In this document: positions 20,762 to 31,948 of the stretch, piece after piece | Position numbering within the stretch: the stretch's first letter is position 1 | Layout: the number at the start of each line of letters is the position of its first letter | Source: Candidatus Moanibacter sp. | Lineage (GTDB): Bacteria; Verrucomicrobiota; Verrucomicrobiia; Opitutales; UBA2987 | Assembly: GCA_965215885.1 (NCBI GenBank) | Contig: CBDCEW010000101.1 | Coordinates: forward strand, 115,569-179,568 | Length of the DNA: 64,000 nt | Reading direction: 5' to 3' | The notes under the pieces: generated by a model | Told to the model about the DNA's origin: nothing | The model's database searches: none | What the model saw: the letters and a program-made list of their open reading frames with translations, nothing else | Program-made: the position numbers and the translations under genes

Positions 20762-22135
20762 ATGTTTCGGACAAGTATTCGTGATTTGAAGAGCTGGCAG
20801 TCCAAGCCAAGGCGAAAGCCGTTGGTGATGCGTGGGGCTCGACAGGTGGGAAAGACCACCCTTATTCGGCAGTTTGCGAGTGAGCGATTTAACAATCTCG
20901 TAGAGCTGAATTTCGAGAAGCAACCTGAACTCGCACAGCTTTTTGTCTCGAAAGATCCGAAACAGATTCTTCCGTTAATCGAGTTGCAGCAGAACACCGT
21001 GATCAGATCCGGGGAGACCCTTCTATTTCTTGACGAAATCCAAGCTGCTCCGAGAGTGTTTGAGGCACTTCGGTATTTCTTTGAAGAACGGCCCGATGTC
21101 CATGTAGTGGCGGCGGGGTCATTGCTCGAATTCGCCCTTGAAGAGCCGTCTCTCTCAGTCCCTGTTGGCCGAGTCGAATACATGTATCTCGGTCCCATGA
21201 CGTTCGAGGAGTTCCTGCTCGCTCAGGGCAAAGACCGTTTGGTCTCCTTCATTAACTCCTTTGAGTTCCCTGCCTCCATCCCTGGCCCGCTGCACAGCCA
21301 GATGCTGGACGCCGTAAAGCAATTCCTGGTAGTGGGGGGCATGCCGGCGAGTGTGTCTGCCTACACCAGGTCCGATTCACTTTCAGATACGGAATCCGAG
21401 AAACAATCAATACTCGAAACGTTTATCGATGACTTCGGGAAATACGCTTCCAGAGTCGACCCCAACCGGCTCAGAAAGGTATTTACCCGTCTTCCTCTGT
21501 TGATCGGACAAAGGTTGAAATATGCCAACATTGACCGTGACGATCAGGCTAGGAACCTGGCTCATGCCCTGTCGCTTTTGTGCAAGGCGCTTGTCGCTTA
21601 CCGCGTGCATCACAGCGCCTGCAACGGCATCCCTCTTCGCGCGGAAATGAAAGAATCGGTATTCAAACCGTTGTTCCTCGACGTCGGCTTAATGGCAAGC
21701 GCCTGTGGTCTCAGTCTTTTGGATTTTGCAAATGCAACGGACGTGCTTCAAGTGAATCAGGGAAGCGTCTGCGAGCAGTTTGTCGGGCAGCATTTGCTCT
21801 ACTCCCAACCGTCCTTCGTCAGGCCCGAGCTGTTTTGCTGGATGAGGCAGAAGCGGTCTTCCAATGCGGAAGTTGACTACGTTATCAGCACAGGGCCTCG
21901 GATCATTCCAATCGAGGTTAAAGCGGGAAAGACCGGTACGCTCAAGTCGTTACAGGTTTTCCTCAAGATCAAGGGGCAGAAGACCGGAGTGCGATTGGGC
22001 AGCGCTTCCCCTTCTCGGCATCGGGCCAACTATGCGTTGCCGGGAATATCCGACCAATCCTTCGAATTGGTCTCGATTCCCTTCTATCTGGTGGGGCAAC
22101 TACGCCGGTTGCTTGGAGAGTCTGCAGGCTCATGA
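20762..22135 (+). CDS. AAA_14 ATPase with C-terminal DUF4143 (PD-(D/E)xK-like) domain
   Basis: GARQVGKT Walker A, LFLDEIQ Walker B, VGGMP, LDVGL, EVDYV...PIEVKAG. Confidence 0.9.
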   Translation: MFRTSIRDLKSWQSKPRRKPLVMRGARQVGKTTLIRQFASERFNNLVELNFEKQPELAQLFVSKDPKQILPLIELQQNTVIRSGETLLFLDEIQAAPRVFEALRYFFEERPDVHVVAAGSLLEFALEEPSLSVPVGRVEYMYLGPMTFEEFLLAQGKDRLVSFINSFEFPASIPGPLHSQMLDAVKQFLVVGGMPASVSAYTRSDSLSDTESEKQSILETFIDDFGKYASRVDPNRLRKVFTRLPLLIGQRLKYANIDRDDQARNLAHALSLLCKALVAYRVHHSACNGIPLRAEMKESVFKPLFLDVGLMASACGLSLLDFANATDVLQVNQGSVCEQFVGQHLLYSQPSFVRPELFCWMRQKRSSNAEVDYVISTGPRIIPIEVKAGKTGTLKSLQVFLKIKGQKTGVRLGSASPSRHRANYALPGISDQSFELVSIPFYLVGQLRRLLGESAGS

Positions 22136-22188
22136 ATTTGCGGCGCCAATCCCTGAGAGCCCGGTCCAAACTTTTCTGAAGTGAGTGC

Positions 22189-23196
22189 TCAGTCCCGCCA
22201 CACTTCCTCGAAAATTCGCATCCAGTTTCCTCCCAGGATCTTGACGATGTCCGTGGATGAGTAGCCGCGCTTCATCAGCGCCTCGGCGAGGTTGGGAAAT
22301 TCTGCAGGCGTATCCAGGCCTTTGGGCTGGAAGGACAGCTCTTCGTATCGCAGGGAGAGGTCCGCAAAAGTGGACGGGTATCTGGTGCCCTGTTGCGAAG
22401 CGATATAGTGCCAGAACGATAAAGGCTGGTCGTGGGTGGAGTCCGTGCCCACCGCGACGTGGTCGATGCCGATACGCTCCACCATGTCGTCGACGGCGTC
22501 GATGTAGTCCTCCAGAGTGGACTCGAAGAGGGTGGGCAGGAAGTTACAGAAGGGCGTGGTGCCGACCACTCCCCCCTTTTCGGCGAGCAACCTGAGGGCC
22601 TCGTCCTCTTTGTTACGCCGGTGGTCGTAGAAGGCGCGGGCGTTGGCATGGCTGATAGTTACGGGTCTTTCGGATACCTCGATGGCCTCCAGGGTAGTGC
22701 GGTCTCCCACGTGGGAGAGGTCAATGAGGATGCCCAGCTCGTTCATCTCACCGATGGCGTCGACGCCGAAATTGCTCAGACCCTCGTCGCGGCGCTCGAA
22801 GCAGCCGTTGCCCAGCAGGTTACGCTCGTGATAAGTGAGCTGTATCATGCGCACGCCGAGGGCGTGGAAGAGGCCGAGGCGGTCCAGGTCGTTCTCGATG
22901 GGCGAGGCGTTCTGGAAGCTGAGGATAATGCCGGTTTTGTCACTTTTTTTGGCGGTGTGGATGTCGGCTATGCTCTTCACCGGCAGGATGTCGGCGCGCT
23001 GGCGGAAACGGCGCAGCCAGGCGGCGATGTGGTCCATGGTCTGCGGGAAGTTTTCCCATGTGGCCACGGTGGCGCTGATGGCGGTCAGGTTGCCCGCGCG
23101 CAGGCCGGCGTAGACGTTGGGGCTGTCCCAGTTGCTGATGTTCAGGCCGTCGATGACGATGGCTTCGTCGTAGAGTTTTCTGGCTTTGGATTGCAT
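22189..23196 (-). CDS. Membrane dipeptidase (peptidase M19)
   Basis: VIDGL, GVRMIQLTY, IDLSHVG, SHAN, RNK, GIDHVAVGTD, KILGGNWMR. Confidence 0.9.
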   Translation of the reverse strand: MQSKARKLYDEAIVIDGLNISNWDSPNVYAGLRAGNLTAISATVATWENFPQTMDHIAAWLRRFRQRADILPVKSIADIHTAKKSDKTGIILSFQNASPIENDLDRLGLFHALGVRMIQLTYHERNLLGNGCFERRDEGLSNFGVDAIGEMNELGILIDLSHVGDRTTLEAIEVSERPVTISHANARAFYDHRRNKEDEALRLLAEKGGVVGTTPFCNFLPTLFESTLEDYIDAVDDMVERIGIDHVAVGTDSTHDQPLSFWHYIASQQGTRYPSTFADLSLRYEELSFQPKGLDTPAEFPNLAEALMKRGYSSTDIVKILGGNWMRIFEEVWRD

Positions 23197-23278
23197 GTGT
23201 GTTGCTCCTCGATATCTGTGAACGGCCGACAGTGGTTTCTACCGGCCTTAAGGTTCCATGTTTGCGTTTTGATGTGCG

Positions 23279-24433
23279 CTAACTTCGTCGTTTGGAATTT
23301 GTGTGTTGTCGGACGTCCTCTGGGAAACGCGTGCCGATGCGGAAGAGGTCGCCCAAGGGGTTGTGTTTATCCTCTAGAGCGTCGGCGATGACCGGGCCGA
23401 TGGAGCCGCCGAATTTGAAAGCATGGCCGCAGCCGGCGATGAGCAGGCGCTGAGAGTCGGGGACCCAGTCAATGACGAAGTGGTCGTCGGGCGCGTTGGT
23501 GTAGAGGCACGAGCGGCCGCCGGCCAGTTCTGCCTTGGCCAGGGAGGGGATGCGGTCGGCGACGAATTGCAGCGCGGCTTCCATAAAGTCTTCGGTGGGT
23601 TCGCGGTCCACGTCGGGATGGGCTTCCTCCAATTTGAGGTCGTCGGCGATTTTGACGTAGCCCTCCTGCAGCAGAGGGAAACCGTACCAGGCTTCATGAG
23701 AGGAAAGACAGGCCCAGACAGGAAAGGCGGCCTGAGCAAATTGCTCGGGTTTCTCGGGGATGAAAAATGCCATCTGGTTGCGGGTGATACGCAGGTGGTG
23801 GGCGAGTTGCGGTAGCAGATGGACTACCCACGGTCCGGCGGCAATCACCGCCCGGTCGCAGTTGAGAGCGTCGTCGTCACAAACGATGCGGACCCGGTCG
23901 GTGGTCTCTTCTACCTTCCGTACAGGCGTCTCCTCGAGAATCTGTACGCCTTCGGCTCGTGCCAGGGCGGCCAAGTCGGCCACTGCCTGGCCGCTGCGTA
24001 GATAGCCGGTCCACGAATCGTAAACCAGGGTATCCCCTTCGCTAAGGGTGAATTGTGGGAAGCGCTCCCTCGCCTCCTTCAATGACATAAACCGGAAGCC
24101 GTCTTCCCGCTCGGCAAGGCTTTCCCAGCTTCGGTAGATGCGGCTGTCGCTGGCAAGATCGCGCACGAACATGAGCATGCCGGTTTGGAAATAGATGGCC
24201 CGGCTGAGCTGCTCGTGCCAGATGCGCCATTGATGTGCCGATTTTTCCACCAATTCGACGTATGTTTCTTCGAGGTAGTTGGTGCGGCGGATGATTTTCG
24301 ATACGTCGGTGGAACTTGCCCGCTCGCAGGGGACCTGCTCCTGTTCGCAGACGGTGACCTGGTGACCACGGCGGCGGAGTTCAAGGGCCGCGGCCAGACC
24401 GAAGATTCCGGCACCTATGATTGTTACTTGCAT
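23279..24433 (-). CDS. FAD-dependent oxidoreductase (monomeric sarcosine/fructosyl-amine oxidase-like)
   Basis: IIGAGIFG, ASSTDVSKIIR, AAGPW, YGFP, CLYTNAPDDHFVID, GHAFKF. Confidence 0.87.
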   Translation of the reverse strand: MQVTIIGAGIFGLAAALELRRRGHQVTVCEQEQVPCERASSTDVSKIIRRTNYLEETYVELVEKSAHQWRIWHEQLSRAIYFQTGMLMFVRDLASDSRIYRSWESLAEREDGFRFMSLKEARERFPQFTLSEGDTLVYDSWTGYLRSGQAVADLAALARAEGVQILEETPVRKVEETTDRVRIVCDDDALNCDRAVIAAGPWVVHLLPQLAHHLRITRNQMAFFIPEKPEQFAQAAFPVWACLSSHEAWYGFPLLQEGYVKIADDLKLEEAHPDVDREPTEDFMEAALQFVADRIPSLAKAELAGGRSCLYTNAPDDHFVIDWVPDSQRLLIAGCGHAFKFGGSIGPVIADALEDKHNPLGDLFRIGTRFPEDVRQHTNSKRRS

Positions 24434-24840
24434 CGCTCGTCCTCCGTCAGTGCGGCGTCGTCATCGCCGCTGATGTCGGTCGTTTCGACTTCGAGAATAG
24501 CATAGGCAATTAAGTTCCAAATGGCGAAAGCCGTTGGTAATTCGTGGGATTCGACATGCGGGTTAGGATTCTCCGCTCAGAATTTGGGTCTTCGCGACAT
24601 TCGGCACGACAAGGCGCAATGAGGAAAAAGCGTTCCGTTTCCCCGATGGCGTTGTCGGTTACATCGAGCAAAGCTTCGAGCTGGATGCGTGCACTGTTAC
24701 CCAGAGCGGTATTGTGCCTTGCGTAGGGACGAGGATCGTTTGGATTGGGCGGCTTGTCCCACGTCATGAAGGAGGCCTGAAAATTACATACTCCTGGCGT
24801 CATGATTCGTCCTCCTATTTCAGGGCCTTTTCGAACAGAC

Positions 24841-25893
24841 TTATTTCAGTGGCAGATCGACCCGGACATTGCCGAGCTCGTGGGATTTCAGGATGGCCAA
24901 CATGAGCTCCACCGTTTTGCGGGCTTCATGGGCCGGCGACACGAGCTCGCCGCCATTTTCAAGGGCACGAATCAATTCCTCCACAGCACCGAGAATGCCG
25001 TTCACCATGTACTGGTCGATTTCGAGAGGTGTTTTTGAGCGCGTCCATTCTGAAAGGTTGCGAATGACGAAGGCTTCCACATCTGAGATCTCGATCGTAC
25101 CGTCGTCGCAGATGAGCTGCATACCGGGTCCACCGATCGAGACTTTGAGGCCGTTGTAGAAAGCCCGAACGCCATTCGCGAAGTGAATGTATGCCGATGC
25201 GGCAGGATCCGTCGATGGATCATGTCCGCCGTCACCCTTATACTCGGTGAAATGGTCAAACCCTTCCTCCAGTTGGGCGAAGACCCACTGCGGATCCGAC
25301 TCGGCGAAGAAACAGGTCATATCGAGCATGTGGGTGCCGTTGCGGAAGAGCATGGATCGGCGGGCGAGCAGGTTGACGACGATGCCCCGAAGTGGTCCGA
25401 TTTCACCACTCCTTATCCGTTCGCGGGCGGCGTGGTAGCTGGGGTACCAGCGCCGCGTGTGTTCGACTGAGAGGATCACCTCGTTTGCCTCGACCGCGGC
25501 AATCATGCGATCGGCATCTTCGAGCGATGTGGCGATCGGTTTTTCGCACAGGATCGCTTTTGCTCCGCTGTTGGCGGCGTCAACAGTGATGTCGGCATGG
25601 AGATGATCCGGCGTGACGACGCTGACCAGATCGGGTTTCGCTTTCTCCAGCATCTCCCGGTAATCGGTGTAGTAGTGCATGTCGGGCCAGACGTCCCGCC
25701 AGTTCCTCTTGAAATCGTCGAGGGCCTCCTGTCGAATATCACACACGCCGACCACTTCGGTCTGTGGATGGTGGTGATAGGCGGCGGCGTGAGAGCCGGG
25801 AATGGGCCGGTAGAGGGGAAGATGAGCCTGCTCCACGGGTCTGCGAGCTCCGATTCCGGTAAGTCCGACGATGGCGGCGCGATAGGGTAACAT
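24841..25893 (-). CDS. Gfo/Idh/MocA oxidoreductase
   Basis: DLVSVVTPDHLH, LCEKPIA, NGTHMLD. Confidence 0.9.
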   Translation of the reverse strand: MLPYRAAIVGLTGIGARRPVEQAHLPLYRPIPGSHAAAYHHHPQTEVVGVCDIRQEALDDFKRNWRDVWPDMHYYTDYREMLEKAKPDLVSVVTPDHLHADITVDAANSGAKAILCEKPIATSLEDADRMIAAVEANEVILSVEHTRRWYPSYHAARERIRSGEIGPLRGIVVNLLARRSMLFRNGTHMLDMTCFFAESDPQWVFAQLEEGFDHFTEYKGDGGHDPSTDPAASAYIHFANGVRAFYNGLKVSIGGPGMQLICDDGTIEISDVEAFVIRNLSEWTRSKTPLEIDQYMVNGILGAVEELIRALENGGELVSPAHEARKTVELMLAILKSHELGNVRVDLPLK

Positions 25894-26238
25894 GGATTCT
25901 TCTCCTTCTTCGCCCGATGATACTGAGCTACTTCGATCTTCTCCCGACGTGGAGTAAACGAGTGCGTCTTACGGTAGTCATGTCTCTAGCTCGATAGTGA
26001 CAATACTGATCAAAATCGTTACCAGCACGATACCGAGAATCTTTGAAATTTCCGGACTAATCGAAGAGGCTACGGCGCACAAAGTCAATTTCGGGTAGAG
26101 TTAAAAGGAGCTATTCGAAGTTTAGCGTTTCTTAGGCTGCCCCGGCACCCGTCTTCGCGCGAGGCTTCGCCGTGGCGAGCAAGACCGGGGCTGCCAGCGA
26201 TAAAAGGCACGCTAAACGTGCACAAGTCCGACTGATTC

Positions 26239-28299
26239 CTAGGACCAGACAAAGACCTCGTCATCGTCGTCCGACAAGGCGATAAAAGCCGCCAGCACGA
26301 CCCGCGGCGTTTCTCCAACTACGGCAGGCACTTCGTGAATATTCCCCGAGTAGAATTCAGCGCCCATGGAAGACTTGAAGAACCAGTTAGCAGCAGCAAG
26401 AATTCTCTCCCGTTATGTTACGGAGCTCGAAGAACTCGTGGGGTAATCGATCGCGCAATGGTTGCGAATTTTCGAGAGGAATCGGCGGGATCGATTTTCG
26501 GAAGGTTCAGCTTCATTTGGATAATCGCGAATCTATGGAAGCGTGTTGCTATTTGCCTGTCAGGCCATGCTTTCCAACTGAGCGTATTCTTTCGCTGAAT
26601 CCTGCCTTGTTTCTTTTTGATTAATGGCGTCACGGCCTGGCCGTGATCTGTCCTCGGCCTCCTGCCTTTGAGGGTCTTGCCGTTCTGAATGCACATCACG
26701 CCGGCAAACTGAATTCCAGGAGCGTAGGTCGTGCCGAGCACAATCATGCTCAGGACCGTGGCGAGCCGATATCTAAGGCCCGCTTTACGACGGAAGTCTT
26801 CTATCTGATTGAAGCGTTCCCACAGGCTGCTCATCTGTTCCACTTTGAGGCAGACCGCATGGGAGTTATCGGTTTCATTGAGCGCCTGGCTCTGTGCCGC
26901 GGGCAATGGCCCTGAAGCGCGCAAAAGCTCAAGGGCATTAGCCTTGAGGGGTTTGACCCAGATCTGCTTGGGACGCTCATGGCGTTGATAGAAATCTTCG
27001 CGTTGGCGGCCATATCCCGCGCTCAAGCCCAAGGGCGTCCACCCGCTCGCTTCGTAGCAAGTGCCCCGGTGAATCTGTGGGTCCACGAACGTTTCCGCTA
27101 CTAAGGGACGATAGCCAAAAGCCTCCTGCCAGTGATCGGCTAAGACTCTCAGGCACATACCCAACGTCTTGGAGGCCAAATTTGCAAGATCCACCCAGGG
27201 CAAAATCAGACGCCGGTTCTGAGTTTCAATCGTGCATGCCGTTGCGCCCCGTCCCACCCGATCCATTCGTCTCGATCCTTCAGCCGGTAGGATGCGGCCC
27301 CCCACAAGAGCGCCCATCCATTGCCCGTCGATCTGCGCCACATAGCGCAGGGTCTCTCCTGCGCTGCCCGCACTGTGTAAATAATGATGTTGTTTCAATA
27401 GATCATTGAATCGCTCCTGCTCTTCGGGCAGGACCAGACGCAGAGTTAAACGATCTATCGAAGGATTCAGTTGGTAAGATTTTTTGTCTTTCAATCTTAA
27501 CATGACTGATTCCCTCGGGTTTGTTTAGCTCTTTTTTTAGCTTATCAGCTAGTTGCTTCCTGGAATCCTTTTACCCTGAGAAGAAGTAGAGGTCTCCCGG
27601 GTGGAGCTCGACTCGTATGCGTTCAAATTTTCGATCATTCGCGAATCTATGGAAGGTGCCGCCTGTCAGGTGCTTTCCAACCTCTTTCGAGAATCCTGCC
27701 TTGTACAACACGGCCTGGCCGCTGTCCTCGGCCTCCTGACTGTTCTGAATGCACATCACGCCGGCAAACTGGTGGTCGAAACGAGACACCGCATACTCGA
27801 AAAGCCGCGACCGTTTGGCCACGGAGTCGTAATGGGGGTTGTGACCCTGGCCGTCATGGTAACTGCGAAAGATGGCGGGGCCGTAGCGACGCCCGTCCGG
27901 CTCTCGCGCAGTCATCACACGCTTTTCGGGAAGAAGACCACTGAGCGCGTTGTAGATCGTCTGAACCGGGTCCCGGTATCCATTGAAAAGAGTCTCGAAC
28001 AATCGGTGGGTCCCGATGGCGTGCTCGAAGAAACGTTCGGGTTGTTTGCTGTGGACACCCAGGCTGGTGCCGATATCGACCCGTGGAGGTTTGACGGACT
28101 CGTTTCGTTCAGGATCGTGGAGCAGTCCCCGCTCATAAAATCTCTGAACGAGGCCCGCGCAGTCGGCGGCGGGGAAAATCTCCGGCAGAATCACGGCCGG
28201 GACCTGTCCCTTCCGCAGTGCATCAAAAGGCCGCGCGTCTTTCCGCAGAATCGATTCGACAGTCCCTTCAACGGGATTCCAATTTCCGGAGGGCGACAT
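26239..28299 (-). pseudogene. Fe(II)/2OG oxygenase-like gene interrupted by an ISAs1-like element
   Basis: The 5' part (28299-27579) has PHYD (HxD) and ends at PGDLYFF. The missing tail FYSGNIHEVPAVVGETPRVVLAAFIALSDDDDEVFVWS* is at about 26355-26239. Confidence 0.85.
26712..27578 (-). mobile_element. Truncated ISAs1-like element encoding a DUF4338 (DruA-like) domain plus the start of the ISAs1-associated domain
   Basis: Starts CAGGG at 27578, at the breakpoint of the host gene. HHYL, GETLRYVA, NLASKTL, ETFVDP..RGTCYEASGW, EDFRRKAGLRYRLATVL. Internal compensating frameshifts; no DDE core. Confidence 0.8.
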
Positions 28300-28468
28300 A
28301 TTGTTCAATTTGAGTTCGCTCGGTGAAGGGAGTTTCCGCAATTTCCACCAACCGTCGGTAAACCGTCAACCTTCAATCCGTTTTCCGTTGATTTTTCATT
28401 CGCGTAGATTCGCGGAATTCGTAGTTTCCTCTCCCAGTTTTGAAATTTAGCGAACAAGGAGGCAGTAG

Positions 28469-29482
28469 ATGGTGGGTGTAGCGATTGTTGGATTGGGTAT
28501 GGGCCGCAACCGGGCGATGCAGGTTAAGGAAACTGAGGGCGCTGAGTTGAAAGTGGTTGTCGACCTAAATACGGAACTGGCGGAAAAGATCGGCAACGAG
28601 ATGGGTTGTGACTGGACGCCAAACCTCGCGGACGCACTCGGAAGGAGCGACGTTGACGTGGTCTTTATTCTTACACCGAGCGGATTGCACGCAAAATTGG
28701 GTGTCGAAGCCGCGCGTGCCGGAAAGCATGTTATTACGACGAAACCGATGGATGTTTCTACCGTAGCGTGCGACAAACTCATCGCTGCGGGCGAGGAGGA
28801 AGGAGTTCTCGTCGGCGTCGATTACCAGAGCCGGTATGTGGACAACAATTTCCGGGTGGCGGAGGCGCTTCGGCAGGGGTGGCTGGGCAAGCCGATACTC
28901 GGCGAAGCTCGCTTCAAATGGTTTCGCTCGCAGGAATATTTCGAGGTCGGCAACGGCTGGCGCGGCACCTGGGCCATGGACGGCGGAGGTTCGCTGGCCA
29001 ACCAGGGGTCCCACCTGATTGACTTGCTCCTCTGGTTTATGGGTGAACCGGTGAGAGTCTACGGGGAAACCGCGATCATGAATCACGAGATCGAAACCGA
29101 GGACATCGGTCTCGCTATCATCAATTTCGCCAGTGGCGCGAAAGGTACGGTGCTCGGCACCACCACCTTCCCTGAAAGCGTTTATTTTGGAGCCGAAGTC
29201 CACGGGACCGATGGCGGCGTGCTTATTGAGGCTGCCCTGGGCGGAACCATGCGTGTGTTTGGCGACGGCTTGGAGGATAAGCTCATGGGCATTGAGAATC
29301 CGTTAGGAAATGTCGTCCAGGACGTCGTCTCCGCTTTGGAAAACGGAACCCAGTTGCGGGTCGACGGCCGGGAGGGGCGCCGTACGGTGGCCCTGCTGGA
29401 ACAGATTTATGCCTCGGCGCAAAAAGAGGAAGCGGTCTCAGCGCCATTCCGGTCCGACTCTAATGGTTCACGGCATGGTTGA
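28469..29482 (+). CDS. Gfo/Idh/MocA oxidoreductase
   Basis: AIVGLGMG, TPSGLH, KHVITTKPM, WRGTWAMDGGGSLANQGSHLID. Confidence 0.9.
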   Translation: MVGVAIVGLGMGRNRAMQVKETEGAELKVVVDLNTELAEKIGNEMGCDWTPNLADALGRSDVDVVFILTPSGLHAKLGVEAARAGKHVITTKPMDVSTVACDKLIAAGEEEGVLVGVDYQSRYVDNNFRVAEALRQGWLGKPILGEARFKWFRSQEYFEVGNGWRGTWAMDGGGSLANQGSHLIDLLLWFMGEPVRVYGETAIMNHEIETEDIGLAIINFASGAKGTVLGTTTFPESVYFGAEVHGTDGGVLIEAALGGTMRVFGDGLEDKLMGIENPLGNVVQDVVSALENGTQLRVDGREGRRTVALLEQIYASAQKEEAVSAPFRSDSNGSRHG

Positions 29483-29889
29483 TAACGCGTTTCAACGGAT
29501 CGAAGAGGACGGGTATCTGATCGTCGACAATGTCCTCGGCCCCGATGAACTCGAGTCCTGCCGGGCGGAGGTGCAAAGGCTTCACGAGTTATACCTTGAA
29601 TTGGATAAAGCCGGAGACCCGGCGGCGCGCAACTTCCAGATCGAGCCCTTTTCCGAACAGCAGGTGAGAGAGGGTCTGCCGGTGTTACGGAAGATCGAGA
29701 GTACCGATAAGTTCTCAAGGACTTTCGCGGATCTCGCGACCCATCCGAACTTAGTAGCCGTGCTTAAGGAGATTCTCGGCCCTGCCCAACCTGACCGACG
29801 ACCGCATGCGCCTCTCCCTCGATAACCGCTACCAGGGTGTAAGCATGCCCGTTAACCTGAAGAATCTGCATCTGCACTATAATATCTGA
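29475..29889 (+). pseudogene. PhyH-family gene lacking its catalytic middle
   Basis: The N-terminus (EDGYLIVDNVL...THPNLVAVLKEILGP) joins out of frame at about 29781 to a PhyH-like C-terminus, LPNLTDDRMRLSLDNRYQ...HYNI*. Confidence 0.72.
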
Positions 29890-30454
29890 GTCTCGGACGG
29901 GCGTGTCGCCCGTCTGCTGAGCCGGGGGACGACCCGGCTCATCGTTTCGAACAGACCGGAAACTGAAGGATCCCGGCCCTCACGGGCAGAGCAACAGTCT
30001 GCATTATGTAGCTCTGGGCGTGAGCGCAGGGCGTAGCGGCATTCTGTAGCGCTCTTTAGACGATGGATACCGTTACTATTCAATTGCCGTTCTGATGAGT
30101 TGCCAATCGAGCTCGTAGGCGGTCGGCGATCCCGTTTGATTTTCTCCCAAAATCGGTTTGCACCACCCGCGCCCCCTCTCCATCTCTTACCCACGATGTC
30201 CGACGATTGGGAACTCGGCGGTGAAATAGTCAAGGAGCACTTCCTGCTCACGGAACGGCTGAAGGGATCCCATTTGCCGAATACGCGATCTCTTACGCCG
30301 TGGATTGGATCGATCCGGATACCGGAATCATCGCCGAACCTGGCCGCGACTGGGGAGAATACGCCTCGCTCGAACCAACTTTGAAGACCTACGGGAGCTT
30401 TCGTTGATGAGTCTTGCTATGAGTAGCGAAAGCTCCAAGTTAGGGTTCTAAAAG

Positions 30455-31333
30455 ATGCCCGGCTCATCACAAACTGCTTCCAGCACTTCCTCTTCTCCGA
30501 AACCGTTAACCGCAGAGGAGCTGGGGTTTTTCAAGCGTGAGGGCTACCTCATCAAACGTGGGGTTCTTGACCCCGACCTGATGGAGCGGGCTCGGGAGCG
30601 TAAATGGAAGAGTGCTCCGCCTCGCATGAAGCGGAATGATCCTAACACCTGGTTCGGCCCCTTTCGAGAGGACGAGGAAATCGAGGACGGGCCGAACCGG
30701 CGCTCAGGGTACACCTGGAAATACTGTGAACCGGGAGCGGAGGAATGGATCATCGGGATGCTTGCGACCGATGCCACGATATGGGGCTGGGTCGAGCAGC
30801 TGCTGGGTGAAGGAGAGGTGAAGCAACCGGAGAAAATTCGTGGCATCTACTGCCGGTTGCCGATGGGCGACGCGCCGGAGGAACCAACCATTTGCCACTG
30901 TGATGTCACGCCTGATAATTTGGATATGGACCTTAGGGAAACCGCCCTGCAGCCCGGAATGGGTCTGGTCGGGTTGATCGCCCCGATTCCCCCGAACGGC
31001 GGATCCTTTACCGTGTGGCCGGGCACCCATCGGATTATTTACGACCTGCTCGCAACTACTGAAGGTCAGGAGCGCATCGATTCCTATAAGGCGCGAATTA
31101 TAAAGTTTAACGATGATCGCCGCGTAGAGGGCTGCGGTGAGGCGGGCGACATTCTTTTCTGGCATCGGCTCCTTGCGCATACGGCCGGTTGGAACCGATC
31201 CGAGAAGATCCAACTCCGCGAAGCCGTTCTCTGCGACTACAATAAAGTGCCAAACGAAGAGTTGGCGGCACAACGCCCCCATGATGACATGTGGCGCGAA
31301 TGGTCGGAGGAGTTGCGCAATCCACGGATGTAA
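30455..31333 (+). CDS. PhyH-family dioxygenase, close paralog of 14951-15790
   Basis: FFKREGYLI, CHCD, FTVWPGTH, GDILFWHRLLAH. Confidence 0.88.
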   Translation: MPGSSQTASSTSSSPKPLTAEELGFFKREGYLIKRGVLDPDLMERARERKWKSAPPRMKRNDPNTWFGPFREDEEIEDGPNRRSGYTWKYCEPGAEEWIIGMLATDATIWGWVEQLLGEGEVKQPEKIRGIYCRLPMGDAPEEPTICHCDVTPDNLDMDLRETALQPGMGLVGLIAPIPPNGGSFTVWPGTHRIIYDLLATTEGQERIDSYKARIIKFNDDRRVEGCGEAGDILFWHRLLAHTAGWNRSEKIQLREAVLCDYNKVPNEELAAQRPHDDMWREWSEELRNPRM

Positions 31334-31365
31334 TTGAGGAAGTCTAATCTTCCTCAGAATCTTAA

Positions 31366-31547
31366 CTAGCCCGAACATTTCACAAATCTTCTGCTACGAC
31401 CGCGGATGTCACTGCGTCTCAAAGCCTTCCCTTGCCCGGCGACCTCAGAGGGTTCCGACACGCTGTCGCCCGCCGTGCTGCGGATAGTCACTGATACGCA
31501 GCAACCTACGCAGTCTCGCTACGAAGTGTGTGAAATGTCCGGGCTAG
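31366..31547. mobile_element. 182-bp MITE-like element, copy 1
   Basis: Terminal inverted repeats ctagcccgaacatttcaca / tgtgaaatgtccgggctag; no ORF; second copy at 45034-45215. Confidence 0.85.
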
Positions 31548-31705
31548 AGCGTGTGTGACACTCATGTTAACTCTTGGCCTGCCCGCTTCTGAGGGAGCGG
31601 ATCGTTCGTCGAGTTGCGCAGCATCCCTGATAAACATGGCCACATTCCTTTGTAAATGGCTTGACCTCACTTTTTATATCTAGCTAATCTAGCCAAAAAC
31701 TGAGT

Positions 31706-31948
31706 ATGGACTGGAAACTGGCAGACGCAAAAAACAAGTTTAGTGAAGTTGTAAGCTTGGCACTCTCCAAGGGACCTCAACGTGTCCTGCGGCGTAATGA
31801 GGCTGTAGTGATATTGGCCCAGAATGACTATGAGAAACTGACAGGTAAACGGCCAGACTTTAAGCAGTTCCTCATGAAGGGGGGACCAGATTTTGAAAGC
31901 CTGGACTTGGTTCGTGAACGGAGCCGGATGCGAGATGTAGAACTGTGA
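31706..31948 (+). CDS. Phd/YefM-family antitoxin
   Basis: WKLADAKNKFSEVV...GPQRV; its stop overlaps the toxin GTG; TTGACC about 45 nt upstream. Confidence 0.9.
   Translation: MDWKLADAKNKFSEVVSLALSKGPQRVLRRNEAVVILAQNDYEKLTGKRPDFKQFLMKGGPDFESLDLVRERSRMRDVEL

Noticed and set aside
26712..27503. Druantia defence system
   Set aside because: The DUF4338/DruA-like domain is part of an ISAs1-like transposase remnant, and no other Dru genes are present.
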